Part shown: one piece after another, positions 32,172-41,638 of the stretch
Numbering within the stretch: position 1 is the first letter of the stretch
Layout of the letters: the number at the start of each line of letters is the position of its first letter
Origin: Clostridia bacterium
Lineage (GTDB): Bacteria; Bacillota; Clostridia; Christensenellales; CAG-917
NCBI GenBank assembly: GCA_017618055.1
Contig: JAFZVB010000005.1
Location: forward strand, 91,139-155,138
DNA length: 64,000 bases
Reading direction: 5' to 3'
Notes under the pieces: generated by a model
Told to the model about the DNA's origin: nothing
What the model saw: only the letters and a program-made list of their open reading frames with translations
Database searches by the model: none
Translations under genes and position numbers: made by a program

Positions 32172-32845
32172 AAATAGTTGCAAAGAAAACATTTGATAGA
32201 AAAGTACTGGATGTAAACATTGAATTAGAGGAACATAAGATTTATGCTCTAATTGGCGCAAATGGTTCAGGAAAGTCTACCCTACTTAAAGTTCTTTCTT
32301 CTGTGATTAATCCAGATACTGATTCTTCTATTGACATCCCATTTAAGAACGATGAGGTTTATTACATGCCTCAAATGCCATATACCTTTGACCTCTCTGT
32401 TTATAACAACATCAAGTTAGGAATACCACTAAAATCCTCACCAGGAGAAAAGATTTATTGCAAGTATAGAATAGACACTATGCTTAAAACAATTGATTTA
32501 AATCAATTGAGAAAGGCAAATGCACAGACATTATCTGGTGGTGAAAAGCAAAAGATGGCACTCATTAGAAGTCTTGTTGTTAAACATGCTTTACTACTCT
32601 TAGATGAGCCAACTTCTGCAATGGATATTAATGCCACACTAAAAGCCGAAGAACTTATTCAAAAATACAAAGAAGAGTTTGATGGCACAATTATTATGGC
32701 AACTCACTCCATTAAACAAGCACAACGTTTAGCAGATGTAGTCCTATTCTTAGATGAAGGCGAGATAAAAGAAATAGCCGATGCACAAACGTTCATCGAC
32801 CACCCTCAATCTGACGAGTTAAAAGACTTCCTACAGAAAATCTAA
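32168..32845 (+). CDS. tupC: Tungstate ABC transporter ATP-binding protein
   Basis: Walker A GANGSGKST, signature LSGGEKQK, Walker B LLLDEPTSAMD. Confidence 0.8.
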   Translation: MKIVAKKTFDRKVLDVNIELEEHKIYALIGANGSGKSTLLKVLSSVINPDTDSSIDIPFKNDEVYYMPQMPYTFDLSVYNNIKLGIPLKSSPGEKIYCKYRIDTMLKTIDLNQLRKANAQTLSGGEKQKMALIRSLVVKHALLLLDEPTSAMDINATLKAEELIQKYKEEFDGTIIMATHSIKQAQRLADVVLFLDEGEIKEIADAQTFIDHPQSDELKDFLQKI

Positions 32846-33232
32846 TTACTTCCCTAATACTTTTACTTTCTTAACTGTTATAGCGTCCTTACGACACTTT
32901 GTGGCACAATAGCCACATTTAATACATTTCTCTGGATTAATATTGAACTTCTCTTTTATCTTTCCAGTAATTGCTTGAACTGGACAACTTCTACTACATA
33001 AAGAACAGCCAATACAATTGTCATTAATAAAGATCTCTGAAACCTTTTCTTGATCTTTATCACAAAGAACAGCACTTGTTATACAAGAGTTATAACATTG
33101 TCCACATTGCTGACACTTCTCTGGATTAATTTCGTAATATCTGCCCTCTTCATTTTGTGTAATTGCATCAAATGGACATACATATTTACAAAATCCACAT
33201 TTTGCACAAAGTTCTTTATCAATTGTATACAT
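32846..33232 (-). CDS. Polyferredoxin with four 4Fe-4S binding motifs
   Basis: 128 aa with four CxxCxxCxxxC motifs (CAKCGFCKYVCP, CQQCGQCYNSC, CIGCSLCSRSCP, CIKCGYCATKC). Confidence 0.85.
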   Translation of the reverse strand: MYTIDKELCAKCGFCKYVCPFDAITQNEEGRYYEINPEKCQQCGQCYNSCITSAVLCDKDQEKVSEIFINDNCIGCSLCSRSCPVQAITGKIKEKFNINPEKCIKCGYCATKCRKDAITVKKVKVLGK

Positions 33233-33298
33233 AGTAACACCTCTTTTTCCCTTGTTTTAAATGTTAGCACCTAAATATTGATTAGTAAAGAGTCTATA

Positions 33299-33673
33299 TT
33301 ATGCTTTCCAAAGACTATGAAGATTGCAATAAGCATAAACTGCTTCCACTTCATCACCATCGCATAATCTAAAGCAAACTTGTGGTGCATCTCCTGGTTT
33401 TAATGATTTACGTTGGTTTCCAAACTTTGTTTGGATTGCAACCCATTCAATATAATGTTCTGGGAGCATTGGGTGATCTACAGCACCAACTTTTACAACT
33501 ACCTTTCCATCTTTAACTTCATATACTGGGACGTGCTTTTCTAATGATGCATCTGTTGTTCCTGGTATGATTTCTTTCATTGGTTCTCCACAACAAATGA
33601 TAGGAACTCCTGTCTTTTTTACTACTGCTATTATTTGTCCACAATGGGCACAACGATATAATTTCATTTCCAT
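33299..33673 (-). CDS. dfx: Desulfoferrodoxin (2Fe superoxide reductase)
   Basis: 124 aa. An N-terminal desulforedoxin motif CAHCG...CCGEPM is followed by an SOR centre II region (EKHVPV, HPM..EHYIEW, CNLHSLW). Confidence 0.9.
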   Translation of the reverse strand: MEMKLYRCAHCGQIIAVVKKTGVPIICCGEPMKEIIPGTTDASLEKHVPVYEVKDGKVVVKVGAVDHPMLPEHYIEWVAIQTKFGNQRKSLKPGDAPQVCFRLCDGDEVEAVYAYCNLHSLWKA

Positions 33674-33695
33674 AATTTTTCTCCTTTTCAGTATT

Positions 33696-34373
33696 CTAAC
33701 CGTTTATTTTCATCTTATCTCTAATAGATAAAGGTGTTTCATTTTTAAGATATGTATCCCAAACGTTTATTCTGTCTTGCTCATCTAGTTCCCTTATAAC
33801 CTTTGCAGGAACTCCACCAACAAGTGTGTTTGGAGGCACATCTTTTGTCACAACTGCACCAGCTGCAACTATACTATTTTCCCCTATTGTAACACCACTA
33901 CAAATAGTTGCTGAAGAACAAATCCAACAACCCCTTTTAATTGTAATTGGCTCTCCATATTCTAAATCATGAAAGCCATCTGGGTATTCTTTATTTACTC
34001 TTTCATCTACTAAAAAAGGATGCTTTGGTGTTGCAAGTGTTACGTTTGCACCAATCCAAACATTGTCTTCTAGTGTAATTGGAGCTATGTCTAAAAAGAT
34101 TCCGTTATAATTTACAAAGCAATCTTTACCAACATTTATATTCACACCATACTCACAATAAAAAGGTGAAAAAACAAAGAAATTCTTGCCTTTTGAAGAT
34201 GGTATTAACTTTGTTAATGCTCTTTGTCTTGTGAACCATCTAAAATAGGAAATCTTATTAAATCTCTGTGTTCTAGCCATTCCTAAAATATGAGCCTTAA
34301 ATATCTCATTTGAACCTGCATTATATAGCTTCCCAGCTTTCATTCTTTCAAATTCATTTATTCCGTTTGCCAT
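33696..34373 (-). CDS. Maltose/galactoside O-acetyltransferase (hexapeptide-repeat)
   Basis: 225 aa with left-handed beta-helix repeats (IGANVTL, ICSGVTIGENSIVAAGAVVTKDVPPNTLVGGVPAKVI). Confidence 0.8.
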   Translation of the reverse strand: MANGINEFERMKAGKLYNAGSNEIFKAHILGMARTQRFNKISYFRWFTRQRALTKLIPSSKGKNFFVFSPFYCEYGVNINVGKDCFVNYNGIFLDIAPITLEDNVWIGANVTLATPKHPFLVDERVNKEYPDGFHDLEYGEPITIKRGCWICSSATICSGVTIGENSIVAAGAVVTKDVPPNTLVGGVPAKVIRELDEQDRINVWDTYLKNETPLSIRDKMKING

Positions 34374-34387
34374 ACAATAATTCTACT

Positions 34388-35461
34388 CTATTTAACTATG
34401 CTGTCGCAATATGCACAACGTATGAATCCATGCTTGTCTTTATAGACAAGGTTTTCAAGTTCTTGCTCTGTTCCTGTTATACAATGTGGATTAGTACATT
34501 TCTTATCTCCAACAAACGTATCTTTAATTTCTATGTTAATTGGCTCATTCTTCTCTTTGAGAAGTTTCATAATTAAAGCCATTCTCATATACTTTCCACA
34601 TCTTGTTTCTTCAAAGTAGCAAGCTCTTGGATCTTTATCTACCTTAACAGAAATTTCATTTACTCTTGGTAATGGATGAAGAACTATCATATCTTTTTTA
34701 GCAAGTTCCATCTTTTCTGCTGTTAGAATATAACTGTCTTTTAATCTTTCATATTCATTTGCATCCAAGAATCTTTCTTTTTGAATTCTTGTCATATAAA
34801 GAATATCTAGTTGTGGTATAGCTTCTTCAAGAGATTGGATTTCTTCGTATGGGATATTTTTATTTTTAATAAACTCTTGCTTTTCAAATTCTGGAAGTGC
34901 TAATTCCTTTGGTGAAATCAGTACAAATTTTATACCAGTATATCTAGACATACATGCAAGTAATGAGTGTACTGTTCTGCCATATTTAAGATCTCCACAA
35001 ACACCAATTGTTAAGTTGTTAAGTCTTCCCTTTTCTTTGTAAATTGTGCAAATATCTGCAAGAGTTTGTGTTGGATGATAATGTCCACCATCTCCAGCAT
35101 TAATAACTGGGCATCGTGAATGGTCTATACCAACTTGTGCTGCACCCTCTTTTGGATGTCTCATTGCAATAATGTCTACATACCCAGAAACTACCTCTAT
35201 TGTATCTGCACAACTCTCACCTTTTGCTGTGGAACTAGCGCTTGCGCTAGAGAACCCTAAAACAGTACCTCCTAAAGACAACATTGCAGACTCAAAACTA
35301 AGTCTTGTTCTTGTAGATGGTTCAAAGAATAATGTTGCAAGTGTTTTGTGTGCACATTTATCTTGGTATTTTTCAGGATTAGATTCTATGTCTAATGCTG
35401 TTTTGATGAGATCGTCTAATTCCTCTGTTGTTAAATCTAGTATGTTAAGTAAATGTTTCAT
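34388..35461 (-). CDS. pyrB: Aspartate carbamoyltransferase catalytic chain fused to a PyrI-type zinc domain
   Basis: 357 aa. PyrB motifs are FFEPSTRTR, HPTQ and HPLPR. About 50 extra C-terminal residues carry C-x4-C-x21-C-x2-C (KCTNPHCI...IRCAYCDSIV), as in the PyrI C-terminal domain. Confidence 0.9.
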   Translation of the reverse strand: MKHLLNILDLTTEELDDLIKTALDIESNPEKYQDKCAHKTLATLFFEPSTRTRLSFESAMLSLGGTVLGFSSASASSTAKGESCADTIEVVSGYVDIIAMRHPKEGAAQVGIDHSRCPVINAGDGGHYHPTQTLADICTIYKEKGRLNNLTIGVCGDLKYGRTVHSLLACMSRYTGIKFVLISPKELALPEFEKQEFIKNKNIPYEEIQSLEEAIPQLDILYMTRIQKERFLDANEYERLKDSYILTAEKMELAKKDMIVLHPLPRVNEISVKVDKDPRACYFEETRCGKYMRMALIMKLLKEKNEPINIEIKDTFVGDKKCTNPHCITGTEQELENLVYKDKHGFIRCAYCDSIVK

Positions 35462-35462
35462 A

Positions 35463-36104
35463 TTATCCCTTTATCCAACTTTCATCTTGTGGATTGTTTC
35501 TAAATGCTATTAACTTTGCTATATCTTCTTCTTTTATGTATTTTTCTTCAGCTGCAACTTGTGCAATGCAGTCAAAGTTGGTCAAACTAATGTTTTTAAC
35601 ATTTGCCTCCTTAAGTCTTTCTAAGCCCTTCTTCATTCCGTATGTGAAAATGCTAACGATACCAAGAACCTCTGCTCCTGCGTCTCTTAGTGTGTTTACA
35701 ACCTCAATAACACTTCCACCTGTAGAAATTAAGTCCTCAACTACAACTACCTTTTGTCCTTTTTCAAGTTTACCTTCTATTTGGTTTTGTCTGCCGTGGT
35801 CTTTTGCTCCACTTCTAACATATCCCATAGGAAGATTCATAATGTGTGCAGTAATTGCTGCATGAGCAATACCTGCGGTAGATGTTCCCATTAAAACTTC
35901 AGCATCAGGGTAGTTTTTTTCTATTACTTTTGCAATAGAAGTTTCAACATCTGTTCTAACTTCTGGTGCAGTAAGAGTTAATCTGTTATCACAATAAACT
36001 GGACTCTTAATTCCACTTGCCCAAATGAATGGTTCTTCTGGACGGAAGAAAACTGCTTTTATTGATAATAAATCTTTTGCTATTAATCTTTCTATATCGT
36101 TCAT
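35463..36104 (-). CDS. pyrE: Orotate phosphoribosyltransferase
   Basis: 213 aa with the PRPP loop VVVVEDLISTGGS. Confidence 0.9.
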   Translation of the reverse strand: MNDIERLIAKDLLSIKAVFFRPEEPFIWASGIKSPVYCDNRLTLTAPEVRTDVETSIAKVIEKNYPDAEVLMGTSTAGIAHAAITAHIMNLPMGYVRSGAKDHGRQNQIEGKLEKGQKVVVVEDLISTGGSVIEVVNTLRDAGAEVLGIVSIFTYGMKKGLERLKEANVKNISLTNFDCIAQVAAEEKYIKEEDIAKLIAFRNNPQDESWIKG

Positions 36105-36115
36105 ATTAATTCTCC

Positions 36116-36814
36116 TTATCCTAAAAATTCTTTAACGCATCTTCTATATGCTGCAACAGGATCTTCAGCTTGTGTAATAGGTCTTCCTACAACGATGTAA
36201 TCTGAACCAATCTTTCTTGCTTCAGAAGGTGTCATAACTCTCTTTTGGTCTCCCTTGTCTCCATCTGCAAATCTTACACCAGGAGTTACAGTTACAAATT
36301 TATCTCCACAAATCTCGTGTACTTTACCAGCTTCTAAAGGAGAACAAACAACACCGTCTAACCCTGCTTTTTTAGCATTTAGTGCATAATGCATTACTAC
36401 TTTATCTATTGGTTGATTTATAAATAAATCATTTTCAAGAGCAACTTGATCTGTAGAAGTTAATTGGGTTACAGCAATAAGAATAGGTCTTGTACCATCT
36501 TCTCTAGTTAATCCTTTAATTGCAGCCTCCATCATAGCAACGGTGCCACCAGCATGAACATTGGTCATATCTACGTCTAATTTTGATAAAACTTTCATTG
36601 CTTTCATAACAGTTGTAGGAATATCATGAAGCTTTAAATCTAAGAAGATTTTTAAACCACGTCTTTTAATCTCTTTTACAATCTCAGGACCTTCTGCATA
36701 ATATAGCTCCATACCAATCTTTACAAATGGTTTTTCATCTTTAAATAAGTCTAGGAAATTGAATACTTCCTCTTTTGTGCTGAAATCTAATGCAATAATT
36801 ACATCCTTAGCCAT
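36116..36814 (-). CDS. pyrF: Orotidine 5'-phosphate decarboxylase
   Basis: [11 protein letters not shown]..., [16 protein letters not shown] prefer the ATG at 36812-36814 over the upstream TTG. Confidence 0.9.
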   Translation of the reverse strand: MAKDVIIALDFSTKEEVFNFLDLFKDEKPFVKIGMELYYAEGPEIVKEIKRRGLKIFLDLKLHDIPTTVMKAMKVLSKLDVDMTNVHAGGTVAMMEAAIKGLTREDGTRPILIAVTQLTSTDQVALENDLFINQPIDKVVMHYALNAKKAGLDGVVCSPLEAGKVHEICGDKFVTVTPGVRFADGDKGDQKRVMTPSEARKIGSDYIVVGRPITQAEDPVAAYRRCVKEFLG

Positions 36815-37724
36815 TATGAGCACCTCCAATAATTTCTTTTAGGCTCTTAATACCATATTTATTCATACTATTTTCTAATCCTTCTATTATCTCTTTACAA
36901 GCAAATGGATTAACAAGGTTTGCAGCTCCAACTTGAACAGCAGTAGCACCAGCAATCATCATTTCTATAACGTCATCTGAAGTGCTTACACCACCCATTC
37001 CTATAATTGGAATATTAACTGCTTCATAAACTTGATAAACCATCCTTAAAGCTACTGGGAATATTGCTGGACCTGAGAAACCACCCATTTTATTGGCAAC
37101 AACTGGCTTCTTTTTATTGAGATCTATTCTCATCCCAAGAATCGTATTGATTAAACTTAATCCATCTGCTCCAGCATCTTCACAGGATTTTGCTATAGCA
37201 ACTATATCAGTTACATTAGGAGATAACTTAATATATACAGGTTTTGTTGTTACACTTTTAACTGCCTTTGTGACTTCAGCTGCATTCTTTGGATCTGTAC
37301 CAAATGCCATGCCACCATTGTGTACGTTAGGACAACTAATATTAACCTCAATTATGCCTATATTATCTTGTTTATCTAGTATTTCACAAGTTTGTTTATA
37401 TTCATCTATAGAGAACCCACTTACGTTTGCTATTACTTTTTTATGGAAGTATTTCTTCATTTCTGGGAGTTCATATTTAACAACATGTTCTACTCCAGGA
37501 TTTTGAAGTCCTACAGAATTTATCATACCAGCTGTACATTCGGCTATTCTTGGAGTTGAGTTTCCAAATCTTTCATTTAGAGTTGTCCCCTTAAATGAGA
37601 ATGTCCCTAAAATGTTTATATCATAAAGATCTGCAAATTCCTTTCCAAATCCAAATGTTCCACTTGCTGGGATTACAGGGTTATCTAATTCCCATCCAGA
37701 TAGTATCACTTTTGTATCTACCAT
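36807..37724 (-). CDS. pyrD: Dihydroorotate dehydrogenase B, catalytic subunit
   Basis: [27 protein letters not shown]..., [14 protein letters not shown]. The ATG at 37722-37724 follows GGAGG. The ORF-track start at 37823 lies inside pyrK. Confidence 0.9.
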   Translation of the reverse strand: MVDTKVILSGWELDNPVIPASGTFGFGKEFADLYDINILGTFSFKGTTLNERFGNSTPRIAECTAGMINSVGLQNPGVEHVVKYELPEMKKYFHKKVIANVSGFSIDEYKQTCEILDKQDNIGIIEVNISCPNVHNGGMAFGTDPKNAAEVTKAVKSVTTKPVYIKLSPNVTDIVAIAKSCEDAGADGLSLINTILGMRIDLNKKKPVVANKMGGFSGPAIFPVALRMVYQVYEAVNIPIIGMGGVSTSDDVIEMMIAGATAVQVGAANLVNPFACKEIIEGLENSMNKYGIKSLKEIIGGAHNG

Positions 37725-38446
37725 ATTATTTCCTCCTTCACAAGTACTGGACCATCTTTGCATATTCTCTTGTTGCCATACTTTGTTTTGCATGTACAAC
37801 CCATACAAGCACCAAAACCACATCCCATTCTCTCTTCAAAACTGAATTGTCCTGAAGTTGTTGTGGAATTATATACTGCTTTTAGCATTGGTTCTGGACC
37901 ACAAGTATAGAAATATGTGTAATTTATGTTCTTTAGTGCATCTATTACGAATCCCTTTATTCCGTATTCTCCATTTACAGTCGTTACATAAACATTAACA
38001 CCAAGTTTTTTGAATTCTTCTTCGTAGAAAATCTCATCTTTTGTGTTAAATCCTAATATAACACTTGGTTTTTTACCTTCTGCTAATAATTTCTTGCAGA
38101 GATTGAATAATGGGGGAACTCCAACACCACCACCAATTAATACTGGTTCTTTGCCACTTATTTCGGTATCATATCCATTCCCTAAACCAACAAGGACATC
38201 TAAATCACCTTTCTCCATTTTGGATAACTGCTCTGTGCCCTTTCCAACAACTTTATATACAAGTGTTAATGAGTTTTTAGAGTAATCACAAACGGAGATT
38301 GGTCTTCTTAGATATAATCCGTCTAATTGTATGTTTACAAATTGTCCAGATTTTGTGATTGCATCTGTATTGCCTTCTAGTTTTATCTCAAAGACATTCT
38401 TTGCAATCTTTTTATTATCTTTTATCTTAAATACTACTCTTTCCAT
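37718..38446 (-). CDS. pyrK: Dihydroorotate dehydrogenase B, electron-transfer subunit
   Basis: 242 aa with an FAD/NAD-binding fold and a C-terminal 2Fe-2S motif CGFGACMGCTC. Confidence 0.9.
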   Translation of the reverse strand: MERVVFKIKDNKKIAKNVFEIKLEGNTDAITKSGQFVNIQLDGLYLRRPISVCDYSKNSLTLVYKVVGKGTEQLSKMEKGDLDVLVGLGNGYDTEISGKEPVLIGGGVGVPPLFNLCKKLLAEGKKPSVILGFNTKDEIFYEEEFKKLGVNVYVTTVNGEYGIKGFVIDALKNINYTYFYTCGPEPMLKAVYNSTTTSGQFSFEERMGCGFGACMGCTCKTKYGNKRICKDGPVLVKEEIIW

Positions 38447-38448
38447 AA

Positions 38449-41400
38449 TTATGCATCAATTGTAGATACTGTTATTGTGGATTCTTCTAATACGTCTAAT
38501 AATACCTTAACTGTATCTAGTGCTGTGAACATTGTAATGTTGTTTTCTGTTGCTATTGTTCTAATTTTATATCCATCATTAAGTTGACCTGTTGAACTTG
38601 GATCACTTGTGTTAACTACATAAGCGATATGTCCTTGACGTAATGCATCTTGGATATCTGTATTTCCTTCTTTCATCTTTCTTAAGACGTGTGTACGGAT
38701 TCCATGTTTAATTAAGAAATCTGCTGTTCCTTGTGTTGCTTGGATATTGAATCCTAATTGGTAGAATCTTTGGATAAGTGGAAGTGCTTCTTCTTTGTCA
38801 CAATCTGCAATTGTTACAAATACAGTTCCGTATGTCTTAAGTTTCATACCAGAAGCTTGTAATGCTTTGAATAATGCACGGTTAAGTCTATCATCATATC
38901 CAATTGCTTCACCTGTGGATTTCATCTCTGGTGAAAGATATGCATCCAAACCTCTAATCTTATTGAATGAGAATACTGGAGCCTTTACATACCAACGTTT
39001 CTTTTCGTCTGGATAAATACCGAAGATTCCTTGTTCTTTTAATGTTTTTCCTAAAATAACTTCCGTTGCAATGTCTGCTAGGCTGTATCCTGTAGACTTA
39101 GAAAGGAATGGAACAGTTCTAGATGAACGTGGATTTACTTCGATGATAAATACTTCGTTGTTTCTATCTACGATGAATTGAACATTAAATAAACCCTTGA
39201 TTCCAATTCCTAATCCTAATTTCTTTGCATATGTTAAGATTGTTCCTTTTACTTTGTCTGGGATTGAGAATGTTGGATATACACTGATTGAGTCTCCGCT
39301 ATGAACACCAGTTCTTTCTACAAGTTCCATAATTCCAGGTACAAATACATCATATCCGTCACAAATTGCATCTATTTCAACTTCTTTTCCGATAATGTAT
39401 TTATCTACTAAAACCGGCTTGTCTTCGTCAATTTCCACGGCCGTCTTTAAGTAGTGCTTTAATTGTTCTTCGTTTGCAACAATTTGCATAGCTCTACCGC
39501 CAAGAACAAATGAAGGACGAACTAATACTGGGTATCCAATTTCTTTTGCAGCTTTAATTCCATCTTCCATCTTTGTAACTGCTTGTCCTTTTGGTTGTGG
39601 AATATTTAATTCTATTAAGAGTTTTTCAAATAAGTCTCTGTCTTCAGCTTTGTCTATAGCATCGCAGTCTGTTCCAATAATCTTAACACCACGTTCCATT
39701 AATGGTTTTGCAAGGTTAATTGCTGTTTGTCCGCCTAAAGATGCAATAACACCATCTGGCTTTTCAAAGTTAACAATGTTCATAACATCTTCTGGTGTTA
39801 ATGGTTCAAAGTAAAGTTTGTCTGCTGTTGTATAGTCTGTAGAAACTGTTTCTGGGTTATTATTTATAATAATTGCCTCGTATCCAGCTTTTTTAATTGT
39901 TTGTACCGCATGAACTGTTGAGTAGTCAAATTCAACACCTTGTCCAATTCTAATAGGACCAGCACCAAGAACAACAATCTTTTTCTTCTTTGTTAAGACA
40001 GATTTGTTTTCGCCTGTGTATGAGGAATAGAAATATGGAATATATGCATCTGTATGGAATGTATCTGCCATTCTATAAATAGGAACCAACTTGTTGTCCT
40101 TTCTATAGTTGTAAACATCAATTTCTTTTGCATTCCAAAGCATTGCAATGTATTTATCGCTAAATCCCATCTTCTTGGCTTTCCTTAATTCTGCCATATA
40201 GAATGGTTTTTCTCTAAGTACGTTTTCTTCGTCAACTATTTCCTTAATTGCTTCGAGGAATATGTCTGTAATCATGGTAATTTCGTGTAATTCTTTGGTA
40301 GAAACACCACGTCTAATTAATTCTGTAATTGCGAAGATATTGTCATCCTTAAAGACTTTTATATATTCCTTAAGTTCTGTTGTTGTATATGAGTCAAATT
40401 TCTTTAAATAGAAGTGGCAAACTCCGATTTCAAGAGAACGAACAGATTTAAGTAAACATTCTGTAAGGTTGGATCCAATTCCCATAACTTCGCCAGTCGC
40501 TTTCATTTGTGTTCCTAATACGTTGGAAGCTGTTGCAAATTTATCAAATGGAAAACGTGGAAGTTTTGCTACAACGTAATCAAGACTTGGTTCTTTTGCT
40601 GCATTAGTATTTGCAATCTTAATTTCTTCAAGAGTCATACCCATAGCAATCTTTGTTGTAACTTTTGCAATTGGATAACCACTTGCTTTACTTGCAAGAG
40701 CTGAAGATCTAGAAACTCTAGGATTTACTTCAATTAAGAAATATTCAGAGCTTGTTGGGTTAAGTGCGAATTGGACATTACATCCACCTGCGATTTTAAG
40801 GGCTCTAATAATCTTTGTAGCGGATTCATTAAGCATCTTGTAATCACTATCGCTTAAGCTCATAATTGGTGCTACAACGATTGAGTCGCCTGTGTGAACG
40901 CCAACTGGATCTACGTTTTCCATACCACAGATTGTTATAACATGGTCTTCGCAATCTCTCATCATTTCAAATTCAATTTCTTTATATCCTTTTACGCTCT
41001 TTTCAACTAATACTTGATGTACTGGGGAAAGTCTGAAAGCATTGACGCCAATTTCAATTAATTCTTCTTCGTTTTCTGCGAATCCGCCACCAGTTCCACC
41101 TAATGTGAATGCTGGACGAAGAACTACTGGATATCCGATGTCTTGTGCTGCTTTCTTTGCTTCTTCTAATGAATATGTTATTTCAGATGGAATAACTGGT
41201 TCTCCAATAGATTGGCACATTTCTTTGAACATCTCTCTGTCTTCTGCCTTTTCAATACTTTCGCTACTTGTACCTAGAAGTTCAACCTCACATTCTTTTA
41301 AGATACCTTTTCTTTCTAATTGCATTGCAAGGTTTAATCCTGTTTGTCCACCAATTCCTGGGATAATTGCATTTGGTCTTTCATATCTGATGATCTTTGC

Positions 41401-41622
41401 AATGTAATCTAGTGTTAATGGTTCCATATAAACTTTGTCTGCCATTAAAGTGTCTGTCATGATAGTTGCTGGGTTAGAGTTACAAAGTACAACTTTATAT
41501 CCTTCTTCCTTTAAGGCTATACAAGCTTGTGTTCCTGCATAGTCGAACTCTGCTGCTTGTCCAATAACAATTGGGCCTGATCCAATAATCATTACTGTTT
41601 TGATATCTGTTCTTTTTGACAT
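38449..41622 (-). CDS. carB: Carbamoyl-phosphate synthase large subunit
   Basis: Duplicated ATP-grasp halves (MIIGSGPIVIGQAAEFDYAG and VLGAGPIRIGQGVEFDY) and an MGS-like C-terminus. The ATG at 41620-41622 (MSKRTDIK) follows GGAGG. Confidence 0.95.
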   Translation of the reverse strand: MSKRTDIKTVMIIGSGPIVIGQAAEFDYAGTQACIALKEEGYKVVLCNSNPATIMTDTLMADKVYMEPLTLDYIAKIIRYERPNAIIPGIGGQTGLNLAMQLERKGILKECEVELLGTSSESIEKAEDREMFKEMCQSIGEPVIPSEITYSLEEAKKAAQDIGYPVVLRPAFTLGGTGGGFAENEEELIEIGVNAFRLSPVHQVLVEKSVKGYKEIEFEMMRDCEDHVITICGMENVDPVGVHTGDSIVVAPIMSLSDSDYKMLNESATKIIRALKIAGGCNVQFALNPTSSEYFLIEVNPRVSRSSALASKASGYPIAKVTTKIAMGMTLEEIKIANTNAAKEPSLDYVVAKLPRFPFDKFATASNVLGTQMKATGEVMGIGSNLTECLLKSVRSLEIGVCHFYLKKFDSYTTTELKEYIKVFKDDNIFAITELIRRGVSTKELHEITMITDIFLEAIKEIVDEENVLREKPFYMAELRKAKKMGFSDKYIAMLWNAKEIDVYNYRKDNKLVPIYRMADTFHTDAYIPYFYSSYTGENKSVLTKKKKIVVLGAGPIRIGQGVEFDYSTVHAVQTIKKAGYEAIIINNNPETVSTDYTTADKLYFEPLTPEDVMNIVNFEKPDGVIASLGGQTAINLAKPLMERGVKIIGTDCDAIDKAEDRDLFEKLLIELNIPQPKGQAVTKMEDGIKAAKEIGYPVLVRPSFVLGGRAMQIVANEEQLKHYLKTAVEIDEDKPVLVDKYIIGKEVEIDAICDGYDVFVPGIMELVERTGVHSGDSISVYPTFSIPDKVKGTILTYAKKLGLGIGIKGLFNVQFIVDRNNEVFIIEVNPRSSRTVPFLSKSTGYSLADIATEVILGKTLKEQGIFGIYPDEKKRWYVKAPVFSFNKIRGLDAYLSPEMKSTGEAIGYDDRLNRALFKALQASGMKLKTYGTVFVTIADCDKEEALPLIQRFYQLGFNIQATQGTADFLIKHGIRTHVLRKMKEGNTDIQDALRQGHIAYVVNTSDPSSTGQLNDGYKIRTIATENNITMFTALDTVKVLLDVLEESTITVSTIDA

Positions 41623-41638
41623 ATCTATTCCTCCAATT

